A stretch of 63,867 nt of DNA, the filler included, from Collodictyon triciliatum (lineage: Eukaryota), in NCBI GenBank assembly GCA_043381765.1. It is 8 parts of 8 records of this genome, joined end to end, with 100 filler letters (N's around TTAATTAATTAA, not from the genome) between each part and the next. Parts side by side here need not be neighbours in the genome. Positions count along the whole stretch, not along the records: positions 1 to 9,510 come from JBHJMP010002979.1; positions 9,611 to 19,122 come from JBHJMP010002980.1; 6 more parts are not named here. One strand, given 5' to 3'. The notes under the pieces were generated by a model. That model saw only the letters and a program-made list of their open reading frames with translations, was not told the origin of the DNA and made no database searches. Position 1 is the stretch's first letter. Each line of letters opens with the position of its first letter. The translations under genes were made by a program, and so were the position numbers. Shown here in pieces: positions 1-10,408 of this stretch.

Positions 1-58
1 ATATTGAGTCAGAATCTCTGATATAAATTAATAGTATTCATATCCGTTAAAAGAATAT

Positions 59-2216
59 ACTTGTTTGGCGGCCTTCTTCACCGTTCCTTGCGGAACTTTT
101 GGCCTCTGGAATTGTAGAGAAGGATTCAGCTAATGAAATTTGTTTTAAAGGCGATTATTTTAAGCCATTATACATGCCAATCAATTAACTAATGGGAAAA
201 AAAAAAGAGAGAGAAATTACACTCATTTGTGACCGACGTTTCATGGCTGCAGATGCCGAGTACTCTGACCAGCTCTGCTTTTCCTATTGACGCATCATTT
301 TGATATTATTCAGGTGTGTTACTAAATGAAATCACACACCAAAAAATTAGGAAAAATGAAAAGTAATCTCTCAGAAATTAAGAAAAGAATCACCGAATCG
401 CAATACTCTTTGACTTCTTTCTTGAAATCGTTCAGGGAATCGATATCTGTGATAACTTTTTGGTTTTGTAGTTGATAACAGTCGATAACTTTGCTGTAAA
501 AGTCGATAAATTCAAATTGCTTCCGTTTCTCTATGTCGATCATCTTTCGCACATAATCGAAGGTGGCTTGCATCATAAGCGCCTTTAATTCTCCAGACTC
601 CTGCCGGGTCTGTTGCGTTTATGTGACGTGAATAAAAGAATGCAAAGATAATGGGTAAGGCCACACATGAAATAAGCGACCATCAAAAACGAAAATGAGT
701 CAACAGCGTGAATTCGAGGAAAGTAGAAAGTCTGCAAAAAGGATGTATGATTACCTTTTCCTTCTTCTGGGGATTGGCATAATTTCTCTCTATGATTGTA
801 TTAAATATGTCTCTGCTTCGCTCATATGACTTCTTTGCAATCTTTTTTGGATAAAAGGAGATTTTATATAATAGAATAATCATAGTTTTCATATTATATT
901 TGAAAAAATGTAGCATCTATGATATGAATTAAACAAACAAATAATATATTAACCTTGCACTCCTCATAGTCATGTTTTAGAAAATAATCAACCGGTTTGT
1001 AAGTGTATTTCTCGATGTCTACAACCTATTTTGGTCATAAATGGTTATTACCCTCATTCAAAGAAAGGCATACTCGGTGCTATTGCAATATAAATGTATA
1101 GGATAATAATTCCGTGAATAGCATGACGAAAATTGATGAATAGTCACAACGATCAATTTAAGTGAAATTACAAAAGCCTCATTTGCCTCACTGACACTTC
1201 TGAGAGCTCCACCAAAACGCATCATGCATTGTTCTATGTATGTGAACACACAAGGTGACAAATATTAGAATGACATGATGTGATGGGGTGAAACAATTCA
1301 TGATGAAAACAAATTTTAAAATAAACAGATTCAGTCGATCAATGAAAAAAATTGAGTGCGCGTCTGGAAACATAAAGCTTTTATATGATAATAACACGGA
1401 CAATCTGATCTGATATGAAACAAAGAAGAAAAGGATGAAAGTGGGGGAAATATTGAAAGGATAGTTTACGAAGTTTTGGGTCTTCATCCTCTGCCTGCGG
1501 TCGAACTCGAAAATTGAGCATCTCTTCACCCAGGCCACCGATTAATCTTGAATATTCTAATTCGAGCAAACGGATAAATGAATAGTGTAACACCAAATGA
1601 AATCCAGTATTATGCAAGGCCGTCAATAAATAGAAAGGTCAAATATTGTCACATAGAAATAACTTATAGGAGAAAGTGAATAAACATTGCTCAACTACCG
1701 CGTCCAACTTCTGCTATCTGACGAATCCACCGATTCATTCTTTTCAGGCCAGCACAAAAGTCGTCTATATCCTACAGCATGGAATTGAAAATAGCTTGTT
1801 ACCTCAACAATCAAGATTGGGAAACGTGTAAACAAACCGCCATGCATATGGCAGAATTATGTAAGCCCTCCTTGTCTCATCATGAAAATAATGTGAATAA
1901 TGTGAATAATGTGAATAATGTGAATAATGTGAATAATGTGAATAATGTGAATAATGTGAATAATGTGAATAATGTGAATAATGTGAATAATGTGAATAAT
2001 GTGAATAATGTGAATAATGTGAATAATGTGAATAATGTGAATAATGAGAACAATGAGAATAATAAGAATTCTTACCGCGTTGACTTTGTGGAGTTTCTCG
2101 CGGAATTCTGGCGTGTCGTCGAAAGGATCGTCCAGCGAAAGAATAGGGACACACTCGTACTTGTCATGTTGCGATCGCCCGCCCGGTTTTCGAAGAAGGG
2201 ATTCAAACACGTCCAT
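59..2216 (-). CDS. BAR-domain protein (ACAP/GRAF/APPL-type N-terminus), multi-exon, 3' end runs off the window
   Basis: GT-AG spliced exons read MDVFESLLRK...LDDPFDDTPEFREKLHKVNA|DIDDFCAGLKRMNRWIRQIAEVGR|GGLGEEMLNFRVR...|MMRFGGALRSVSEANEAF|VVDIEKYTYKPVDYFLKHDYEECK|IAKKSYERSRDIF...|ALMMQATFDYVRKMIDIEKRKQFEFIDF. The D[ST]PxFR start and helical pattern match the BAR domain of ArfGAP/RhoGAP proteins. Confidence 0.7.
1887..2046. repeat. (AATAATGTG)n 9-mer tandem repeat in intron 1 of the BAR gene
   Basis: About 17 near-perfect copies; produces the spurious NNV/HYS/IIH ORFs. Confidence 0.95.
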
Positions 2217-2344
2217 TTTATTTTCTTTTTCTTTTTTATAAATTGCTTTGTTTCGTTAAAGACAATTCAAATCCGTAGGCAAAACGGTTCCCGTATGCAA
2301 CTGCGGCAAAGAGAGTAGGAATAAAAAAAAAAGAGGGGGAGAGT

Positions 2345-2375
<31 letters not shown>

Positions 2376-3019
2376 GGTAAGTCATGCGAGTCCTTCTTTT
2401 GTTGCAGTTGTTACAATGGTGCAAAAAAAATGCAGTGTTTGCAGAAAACGATCGCGTGATTGAGTTTGAAACACGCTTTGTTGGGAAGCAAATAAGAAAC
2501 GTAACTCAAACACGAATGAAAAGTCGGGAGCGATTTGTGGAAAAAAAAACAGTTTGTTTAGAGGAAAAAAATAATACAGTACATAATGTATGAAATATAT
2601 TCTCATTAGGTATGTCTATTAACATGTTTAATGTGGAAGATATACACTTTTATCGTAAGGATTGCTTTTAGCACCCTTTGCGCCCTTGCTAATCCTGAAC
2701 TACCTCATTCATGGCATCTGTTGTCTGCTGTCACAATCGCATCAATTATACAAACCATTTTCTTTATGAACGCTGCTTTTACAGCTCGACGAAGTAACTT
2801 TTGGGTCTGAATGGGAGCAAATCTTGACAACTTGTCACCAAAGTAATGCTCGCTTCTTGTCCTCTGTCAGATATATGAACCCGTGCAAACTCAGGTGCGA
2901 CACTTAGCCAGCCAACCATCGACATTGACATAGTGGCTGCCATTTTGTCGAGTGTGAGAACGACTACAGGCCCCAAGAAAACCAAAACCACTGCACCGCG
3001 CTACAACACCCTCTCATTC

Positions 3020-4681
3020 ATGGCCGACCAATCCAATAAAGAACGCGCCTATGTTCACGAAGACGAAGACGGCTTCCTTCATGAGATTGACAGACAGAGC
3101 AGCACCGAGCAATCACAAAGATCAACGCAGATGGATCATAATTGCATCCAGCCTGATGATGGCAGCTGTAGTTTCAGTTCTGGTACGCATGATATTCGCT
3201 GGACAAACCCGCAGAGCCAAAAAATACTTTGCGGAGTTTATGCACAATCACGAAGCAATCACCCCAATGGTCAGGAGGCAGAGCGGGTACAAAATAAGGA
3301 TCGCTCATCAGGAATGAAGATGAATCTGAAGGAGGCATTCGCACTGTCATGCTCGATTTGGATTAGGACGACTGCACAGATTTCACCCGTGCTTATGGCC
3401 AACATCGCCTTCATGTGGGCATACTACCTACCGGCAATCACCCTTAGCCCCCAGATGCTAGACGAGTTGAAAGAAGTTTTATATGTCAAAGCTCTTAGCG
3501 TCTTCATGGTGATTGCATTCTGGTTATCAGTCTACTTAGTAGTTGCATCGATATTCAGCTATCGATTCACTCGGTATGCTTTTGTATTTGCACTTCTCCC
3601 AGCATACTTGTTGGACAACATATTCTACTTATCTCCAGCATTAAACAACAGCATCCTTATCAATTTGAGCAATGCATATACTGTTTTGTTTCTCGGACTG
3701 GCTGTTCTCCTTATCCGTCAGTCTAAAAAACCTTGTAATATGACACAAGAGCAAGAGATTTACTTCAATCTTACAAAGGATGGCTCCCCATTTGCTCTAT
3801 TCAAAGGGATACTAGGGTTTTCCATCTTTGTATTCTTCATTTTTCTGAATATTTTATCGATGTGCATGAAGTCGACATTCTATGTAAAGATTATGTTCCG
3901 GTTTGTCATATTCCCTATGTGCTTTGCTCTTTCGAAATGGTATCAAACAAGAGTAATATTCAGGTTGTCCAAGGATTGTATGGACAGAAGGCTAGTCGTG
4001 AATAAGGTTTGTAATCATTACATTCAGCTTATTGGCAGAATATTCGTATCAAACATATCAACTGGTAGTGCTATATCAGCCACTTTTATTTTGGTTAATC
4101 TCGGGGGTACCGTCGCCGAGTATATTTCTGTATTTTCTTTTGAACACTACACAAGATTATCGTTCAGAATCTTGAAAAAAATAAGCATACTCTACCACAC
4201 CTGTATATGCAGCTCGAACAGAGATTTGGTCACAGCCATTGTCCCTTTCGATAACTCCAGTGGTTTTCCACCTTCACCGATTCAGGCAGCCGAAATTCCT
4301 GACACCGCCCCAGATTACGATGAAGACGCCTATGTTTCAGAGGCAAAATTGTTTCGGTCAAAGTGCGTGTACGACAGGATTTCATCCGAAGTATACTCGA
4401 TATTTCTCGCACCTTTGATGATATATTTTCTTCATCCATTGATAAAGGAATCCAAATCAGTAGAGTCCATCGCAAACATACAGGAGTGCCTTTATCAGAT
4501 TCTGATTCAGCTTCTATTTGAATTTCTGGGTGATGTGGTGTGCATGAGCTACGAAATAAGGAGAGGGACAATAGATCCCTATTATTTCAGCAGCTGGAGA
4601 CCGATGGACAAACCACTGATATTTTGTTGGACTCTTTACTTCATCTTTTCATCACATACAAACATTTTGATGCACCCATGA
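3020..4681 (+). CDS. Intronless multipass membrane protein of unknown function
   Basis: Uninterrupted ORF; first ATG at 3020, TGA at 4679-4681. Hydrophilic N-terminus followed by about 10-11 hydrophobic segments; late motifs DRISSEVYSIF and IQLLFEFLGDVVCMSYE. Confidence 0.8.
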   Translation: MADQSNKERAYVHEDEDGFLHEIDRQSSTEQSQRSTQMDHNCIQPDDGSCSFSSGTHDIRWTNPQSQKILCGVYAQSRSNHPNGQEAERVQNKDRSSGMKMNLKEAFALSCSIWIRTTAQISPVLMANIAFMWAYYLPAITLSPQMLDELKEVLYVKALSVFMVIAFWLSVYLVVASIFSYRFTRYAFVFALLPAYLLDNIFYLSPALNNSILINLSNAYTVLFLGLAVLLIRQSKKPCNMTQEQEIYFNLTKDGSPFALFKGILGFSIFVFFIFLNILSMCMKSTFYVKIMFRFVIFPMCFALSKWYQTRVIFRLSKDCMDRRLVVNKVCNHYIQLIGRIFVSNISTGSAISATFILVNLGGTVAEYISVFSFEHYTRLSFRILKKISILYHTCICSSNRDLVTAIVPFDNSSGFPPSPIQAAEIPDTAPDYDEDAYVSEAKLFRSKCVYDRISSEVYSIFLAPLMIYFLHPLIKESKSVESIANIQECLYQILIQLLFEFLGDVVCMSYEIRRGTIDPYYFSSWRPMDKPLIFCWTLYFIFSSHTNILMHP

Positions 4682-5198
4682 AACTGATTATTGATATGTT
4701 ACGACATGAAGGTGCTCGAAGAAAAATAAATTAAAAAAAAAGTACAAGAAAAAGTTTACAATTAATAATAAATGCTTTCTCTGTTTGTTTCTGTCCGTTT
4801 CTTTTTCTGAGCTCTGCCGACAAGACTGCGTTTGCTAAGCACGAAATACCCAACAAATAGAGCGAACCGAAAATCCACAGGTTCCGATAAATCCGTGCCT
4901 CAAGACCTTTGGCCTGTGGTATTATGTTTGTGGGGGTATGCAGGGTGTTCCTTGGCCTCTTTAATTGCGCCTTCTGCCTCGCTCTGGAAGCCTTGCTCTT
5001 CTCCTTTCGTAGCCGCGAGCGCATTACAAAAAACCCTACAGGCCATGGAAAGAATGAAGGAATGTACCTTTTAAGAATGACATGGATAAATATGTTCATA
5101 CTTAAGTCACAACGCTCCTCTTTTATTTTTTTATTTTTTAACATTGGTCACTTTCTTGTCGAAGAAAATTGTCAACAAAACAGAATGTGTTGCTTACG

Positions 5199-5314
5199 AA
5201 AAAGAAAAGAAAAGAAAAGAAAAGAAAAGAAAAGAAAAGAAAAGAAAAGAAAAGAAAAGAAAAGAAAAGAAAAGAAAAGAAAAGAAAAGAAAAGAAAAGA
5301 AAAGAAAAAGAAAA
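5199..5314. repeat. (GAAAA)n microsatellite
   Basis: Perfect pentamer array. Confidence 0.95.
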
Positions 5315-5328
5315 GCAGGGTTGGGTAA

Positions 5329-7342
5329 ATGGCACAACTTGCAGGAAGCTTCTTTCTAACTGACCTATTCTGCACCCGTCGCATCCCGCAGAGGATGTCC
5401 CGCCAGTTCGCCACGACTCTTGTCAAGGACGTTGTCGTGCAGTTCCATCGCATGCGCCTCGGGCCTTTGGAGACTTGGGCCACCGCACCCGCCCTGACTC
5501 GCTTATTTACAAAGAGCGACACAAAGCCGACCATTCTGATTCAGCACGGCGCGGGTAATTGCTTTCGCTTTTCTTTTAGATACCCTCATTCTTTTAATAC
5601 TTTCTTTTCATATTATTTTTCTTTTCATATTATTTTTCTTTTTACTTCTCTGTTTCATTTCCTACTCTTATTGGCATTATCGACTCGAGCAACTTGCTTA
5701 TATCTAAAAGAAAAGAAACCTCTTATGGTGCCAAAACTTAATAAGCATGATATCTGTGTTCTGTGTGCTTGGGTGTTAACAAACCTTCGCATCAACAGGA
5801 GGACACGGGCTTCTCTACTCCAACCTCGTTCGACGATTCTCACCGTATGCCTTCGCGGTCTCATTACCCCAGCACGAGTTAGACGATCTGCAAGCCGCTC
5901 AGTGAGTTTCTGTTATTTTCTTTTTGTTTATTTATTCATGATGTATTTGTCTTTTTCATTGCATAATAACACGTTTATGTGCAGTGCACCCGACGAAGGA
6001 GGATTGATAAGCAATATCTCTGAGATGGCTTCTCTACTTGAGGAGGCACTAGAACACGTTCCTCGACCGCGGATTCTTCTCGGACACTCCATGGGCGGAG
6101 CAATCGCTCAGACCGTTGTGATGAATAATAAAGTTCCAATCGACGGTCTCATTCTTTACTCCACGGTTTGGTCTTTGAATTCAATATTTGTCTATTTATT
6201 AATTCTTTTATCTTGCATTATTTCATTATTCAATCATATAATGGTCGATTTCAGAGCACAAAGCTGAAAGTGTCACCGGGTATTTTCGACCTGCTACGCA
6301 ACCCGACAGGGCCTGTCTCATCAGATGATTTCCGCTACTTGTTTGGTCCGAATGTCAGGTGAAAGAAAGATGCACAGCCAGTTTTTTGTAGAATACATGG
6401 AATCGAACAGTTTCATCATGGCTAGTGCTTCTTCTTTTTTTTCAATCAATTTACAACCATCCAGCCTTGAGACTCTCGATTACAACTTTGAGATGCGATT
6501 CCTTCACAACCAACAGGCCATCGCTGATTTCACTGCGTGCAATTCATTTGATGCTGCATCAAAGGTAGCCCCTCAAATCATTAAAATGGGACAAACATAT
6601 GCTGATTGCCACACAATTGCACACTTTTTTAAAAATATTTGGTCGTAATTTTATTTGATTCGATTTGTCTGACTTGTGATTTTCACTTCAGATTTCTGAA
6701 ATTAAAGTCCCCACGCTAATCATCAGTGGTGAGAAGGACAACTTGACTCCTGTGAAATTTCAGGTAACTTTTTCTTTCCATGATGATTTAGTTTTTTGAT
6801 AAATAAAATGGCCTTTTTCATCCCTATCTGAATCAAACGAATAAAAAAATTTTTATTCGATATAAATAATTATGTAAGGGTCGAAGTTTTTTTTATATTT
6901 CTCAATAACAAAACAAATGCACACTTCACCCGTAGGAATCCATGCACAAGAATATCGTCAACTCAAAACTGTACGTCTAATCGCTTCTCATCCTCTCATC
7001 CTCTCATCCTCTCATCCTCTCATTCTCTCATTCTCTCATTCTCTCATTCTCTCATTCTCTCATTCTCTCATTCTCTCATCCTCTCATCCTCTCATCCTCT
7101 CATCCTCTCATCCTCTCATCCTCTCATTCTCTCATTCTTTCATTCTCTCATCCTATCATTCTCTCATTCTCTCATTCTCTCATTCTCTCATTCTCTCATT
7201 CTCTCATTCTCTCATCTTGTGGCATAGTGTAATTCTCCCAGAGATCGGACACATGGCCCATCTCGAAGCCGAAGACGCCTTTTGTGCAGAGGTTGAAAAG
7301 TTTGTCGCATCCTTTGCATCGCAGCCCTCTTCAAAGCTCTGA
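5329..7342 (+). CDS. Alpha/beta-fold hydrolase, 8 exons (start at 5329 or 5395)
   Basis: Spliced protein has the oxyanion motif IQHGAGG, nucleophile elbow [23 protein letters not shown] (acid) and GHMAHLE (His); TGA at 7340-7342. Confidence 0.9.
6986..7217. repeat. (TCTCATT/TCTCATC)n 7-mer repeat filling the last hydrolase intron
   Basis: About 32 copies in two alternating variants. Confidence 0.95.
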
Positions 7343-7686
7343 AGAACGTGTTCGACAGCTTGAAAATAAACGCCCAACAAACAAATCATGCAAAAACACA
7401 GTTCGTTCGCAGATAACCTCAAAGTGAATCCCTCCTGTCAAAAGAATGAACTGTCGTCTTCGACATATATGTACACTCCCTTATTTTGAGTGTAGCGTCG
7501 ATCGTGCGTGGCTCCTTCTCTGTCTCCGTCTCTCTGCGCCTTTCTTTCTTTCTCTTTTCTCCTCTTTTCTCCTCTTTTTGCAATATTTTAGTTCTCTCTC
7601 CAACAAGAGCGTGGAAATCGCTTAGGGCGTCATCCTACTGGTGTGAATCGTTCAAAACTAACGGAACGTGGTCAAACAACCTTTGG

Positions 7687-9316
7687 ATGGAGAGGTGCCT
7701 TGTCAGCGAAGCAGTCAGGTATCTTGCAGTCTTACAGAGTCAGATCGACCGCCTGGGTAGTGCAAAAGACGAGGTTGGCATCTACCCATTTTTCTTTTGT
7801 TTTTATTTTTGTTTTTCTTTACTTTGTCATTTAGTTTGCCATTAAGTTTGTCATTTTTTTCTTTTTTCTTTTGTTTTCTATATGCTTTACATCTTTGCTT
7901 TTTATATTTGAGATGAAAGCTTCCAGGATTTTAACGACACCGTCACAATATGACCCTTAAGCTTGCAGAAGTGTTCGAGAAGACTGACGAATCAATAAGC
8001 TTGGAATTTGAATGTCATAAAGGAAATGTAATGGATGTCAAAAAGGAAGCAATAGAAAAGGTATTATTGTGCATGACAACTATAATTTTTTTTCCGTCAG
8101 ACCCTAGTCCATATATTTACCTATTATTGTGTGAAACTAGAGTCTTTTCTTGTCCATATTGTCTACTATTAAGATAATGATATCACAGAATGGAGAAGTG
8201 AACTCTGCCGCCCTGAAGCGGTATTCGACGGAGGAGAGTGCATTTACTATGTTGCATCGCTCCACAGACCGCATTATAAAAGGAGTCGACCGCATCCACC
8301 ATATGCCCATTCCACATATTCTGGAGATGAGGAAACAAATGAAACAGATCGAGTCATACGCAGCCGAGCCTCTCCATATTCTTTATCCCATTCAGTCCAA
8401 TATTCCCTCGAAAATCTCCATACCAATCACCAACCCCACAAAGTTTGCAAAATCTTGTGTGATGTTTGGAATTCGCATCCCCACTCGGCCAGTGACTGAG
8501 CTGAAAGACTCGGTTGCAAGCTCAAAAAAGCCCGCGTCCGAAGCGATTCCTCTGGAACTCAACAAACCCTACACAATTCGCCTTCATCCCACCGAGAATC
8601 TTATATTTTTATCTGAACTCTGGTCACACAAGGTCTCTGTGCTGAATCCTGACTGGTCTCGTGTGAGGGAAATCGGGAGCGAGGGAAGTAATATTGGCCA
8701 ACTCAAAACCCGAGTGGTGTTGCTATTCATCATGACGGGACATTAGTGATTGTAGACAATGACAATAATAGAATTTGCATCTACTCCCCAACTTATGAGC
8801 TGCTGCACACACTCAGGTCGTCCGGTATAAGCGATGGACAGTTTCAAGAGCCGTACAACGCTGTTTTCGACACAGATGGCTTTTTTTACGTCACAGACCG
8901 AGACAACCACCGAATACAAAAAAATTTTCAAGGATGGAACTTTTGTGCACTTGTGGGATGTTTTTAGTCCTGACTCTAAAGTGAAATGGAATCCTGAAGG
9001 CATCGCCCTGTCTACCGACCAAACGTTGTACATATCTTCGAGAAAGCGTGGCTTGGTGCTTGTCTACTCGCGCACAGGAGAGTTCATCCGCAGAATCCCC
9101 GTGGAGGCATCAGGCAACCAGTACTGCGATATATGCCTTACTGCAGGTGACGGTGTCTCCATTAGTGACTGCGAGAAAAATATAGTTCGCTTCTATGATG
9201 CTCGCGGCACTTTCCTGAACTCAACCAGTGTAAATTCTCCGGTTGGGATGGCGTTTGGATTCAACGACGAGTTCTATGTTATATCCAAAGATTAAAACAA
9301 AGTCGTCGTTTATTAG
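7687..9316 (+). pseudogene. Helical N-terminus plus NHL-repeat beta-propeller gene, disrupted by two frameshifts and a probable premature TAA (pseudogene or sequencing errors)
   Basis: NHL repeats IGSEGSNIGQLK[N]PSGVAIHHDGTLVIVDNDNNRICIY, GQFQEPYNAVFDTDGFFYVTDRDNHRIQK, WNPEGIALS and SPVGMAFG change frame at A-runs 8705-8708 and 8918-8924; the end reads FYVISKD*NKVVVY*. Confidence 0.7.
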
Positions 9317-9510
9317 CCAACTCTTTCCCCTTATGAGGACTTGCTTCCACCTCCTTTTGCAAGTGCTGCCTTCACTTTCACAGTTCCTGAAAGATAAGCC
9401 TTGCCTACAGAAAAGCGTGTCCAAACAAACACGCACGCAAAGAAGAAAAGCATGAACGAAAATACCATACTAAACCGCGCAGCACTTATGACGTGGCGCT
9501 TGTGGCGATT

Positions 9511-9610
9511 NNNNNNNNNNNNNNNNNNNNNNNNNNNNNNNNNNNNNNNNNNNNTTAATTAATTAANNNNNNNNNNNNNNNNNNNNNNNNNNNNNNNNNN
9601 NNNNNNNNNN
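9511..9610. other. Artificial contig linker N44-TTAATTAATTAA-N44 (also at 19123-19222, 28730-28829, 38331-38430, 47933-48032, 57530-57629, 60746-60845)
   Basis: The same 100-bp structure occurs seven times; TTAATTAATTAA gives stop codons in all six frames. Confidence 0.97.
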
Positions 9611-9828
9611 ACTATGACTATGACTATGACTATGACTATGACTATGACTATGACTATGACTATGACTATGACTATGACTATGACTATGACTATGACTATG
9701 ACTATGAATATGACTATGACTATGACTATGACTATGACTATGACTATGAATATGACTATGACTATGACTATGACTATGACTATGACTATGTCTATGACTA
9801 TGACTATGAATATGACTATGACTATGAC
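9611..9828. repeat. (ACTATG)n hexamer microsatellite at a contig start
   Basis: About 36 copies with a few AATATG/TCTATG variants. Confidence 0.95.
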
Positions 9829-10408
9829 ATGAGCAGCAGAGGCTTTTGAGGCGCGCTTCTCTCTCCTCTCTTGATCAAAGAGACCACCCCCTCTGGCATC
9901 CAAAAGAGTGGGATCACGGAACGCTACCCTCTCGTGGCCGCCTTGCCAGCCGCGACTGCTCCACCGCCACATTTCTGGCCGTTAATTTGCCGAGACGATC
10001 ACAGCGAATCAGCCACGCTTCCGCCGATGTATATGTTCGGCTGTGCTTTGCGTGCAAGAAATGCTGGGAGAAAAGCGGTTTTTGTGTTTGTCTTGTGTGC
10101 GGCTTTGATCGAGTGGCAACGAATGCGGGCAATGATTGCAATTAGACGATAGGGTAATTCATTTTGATACAGATCAATCAGCAGCATATATTTTATGAAG
10201 ATTTTATACCTACAACGGCCACAAAATTAATCTGTGAACTATATATATTATATATCATTTATTTTCCGCAAATAGGCATATCGGTTTTCGTTGCGCAGTT
10301 TTCTTTTGCTTTTCTTGTTCTCTATCAAACCCAACAACCGCCGTGAAAATCAGACTCCGGTTTTGCGTTGGGCTGTCAAGTCTGGTGGTGACTCTGTACC
10401 TTGCAGGT

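Noticed and set aside
7927..7961. A third frameshift in the NHL gene at GTCACAATATG
   Set aside because: Not needed if the acceptor is CCCTTAAG at 7961, which has a TTTTAAC branch-like site upstream.
9293..9316. Ciliate-type code (TAA/TAG = Gln), suggested by ISKD*NKVVVY and by 23703-23950
   Set aside because: Long Gln-containing ORFs (3020-4681, the FG repeats) use only CAA/CAG. TAA or TAG mark the natural C-termini of CFAP96, the Nup54-like gene, RPP30 and PYROXD2.
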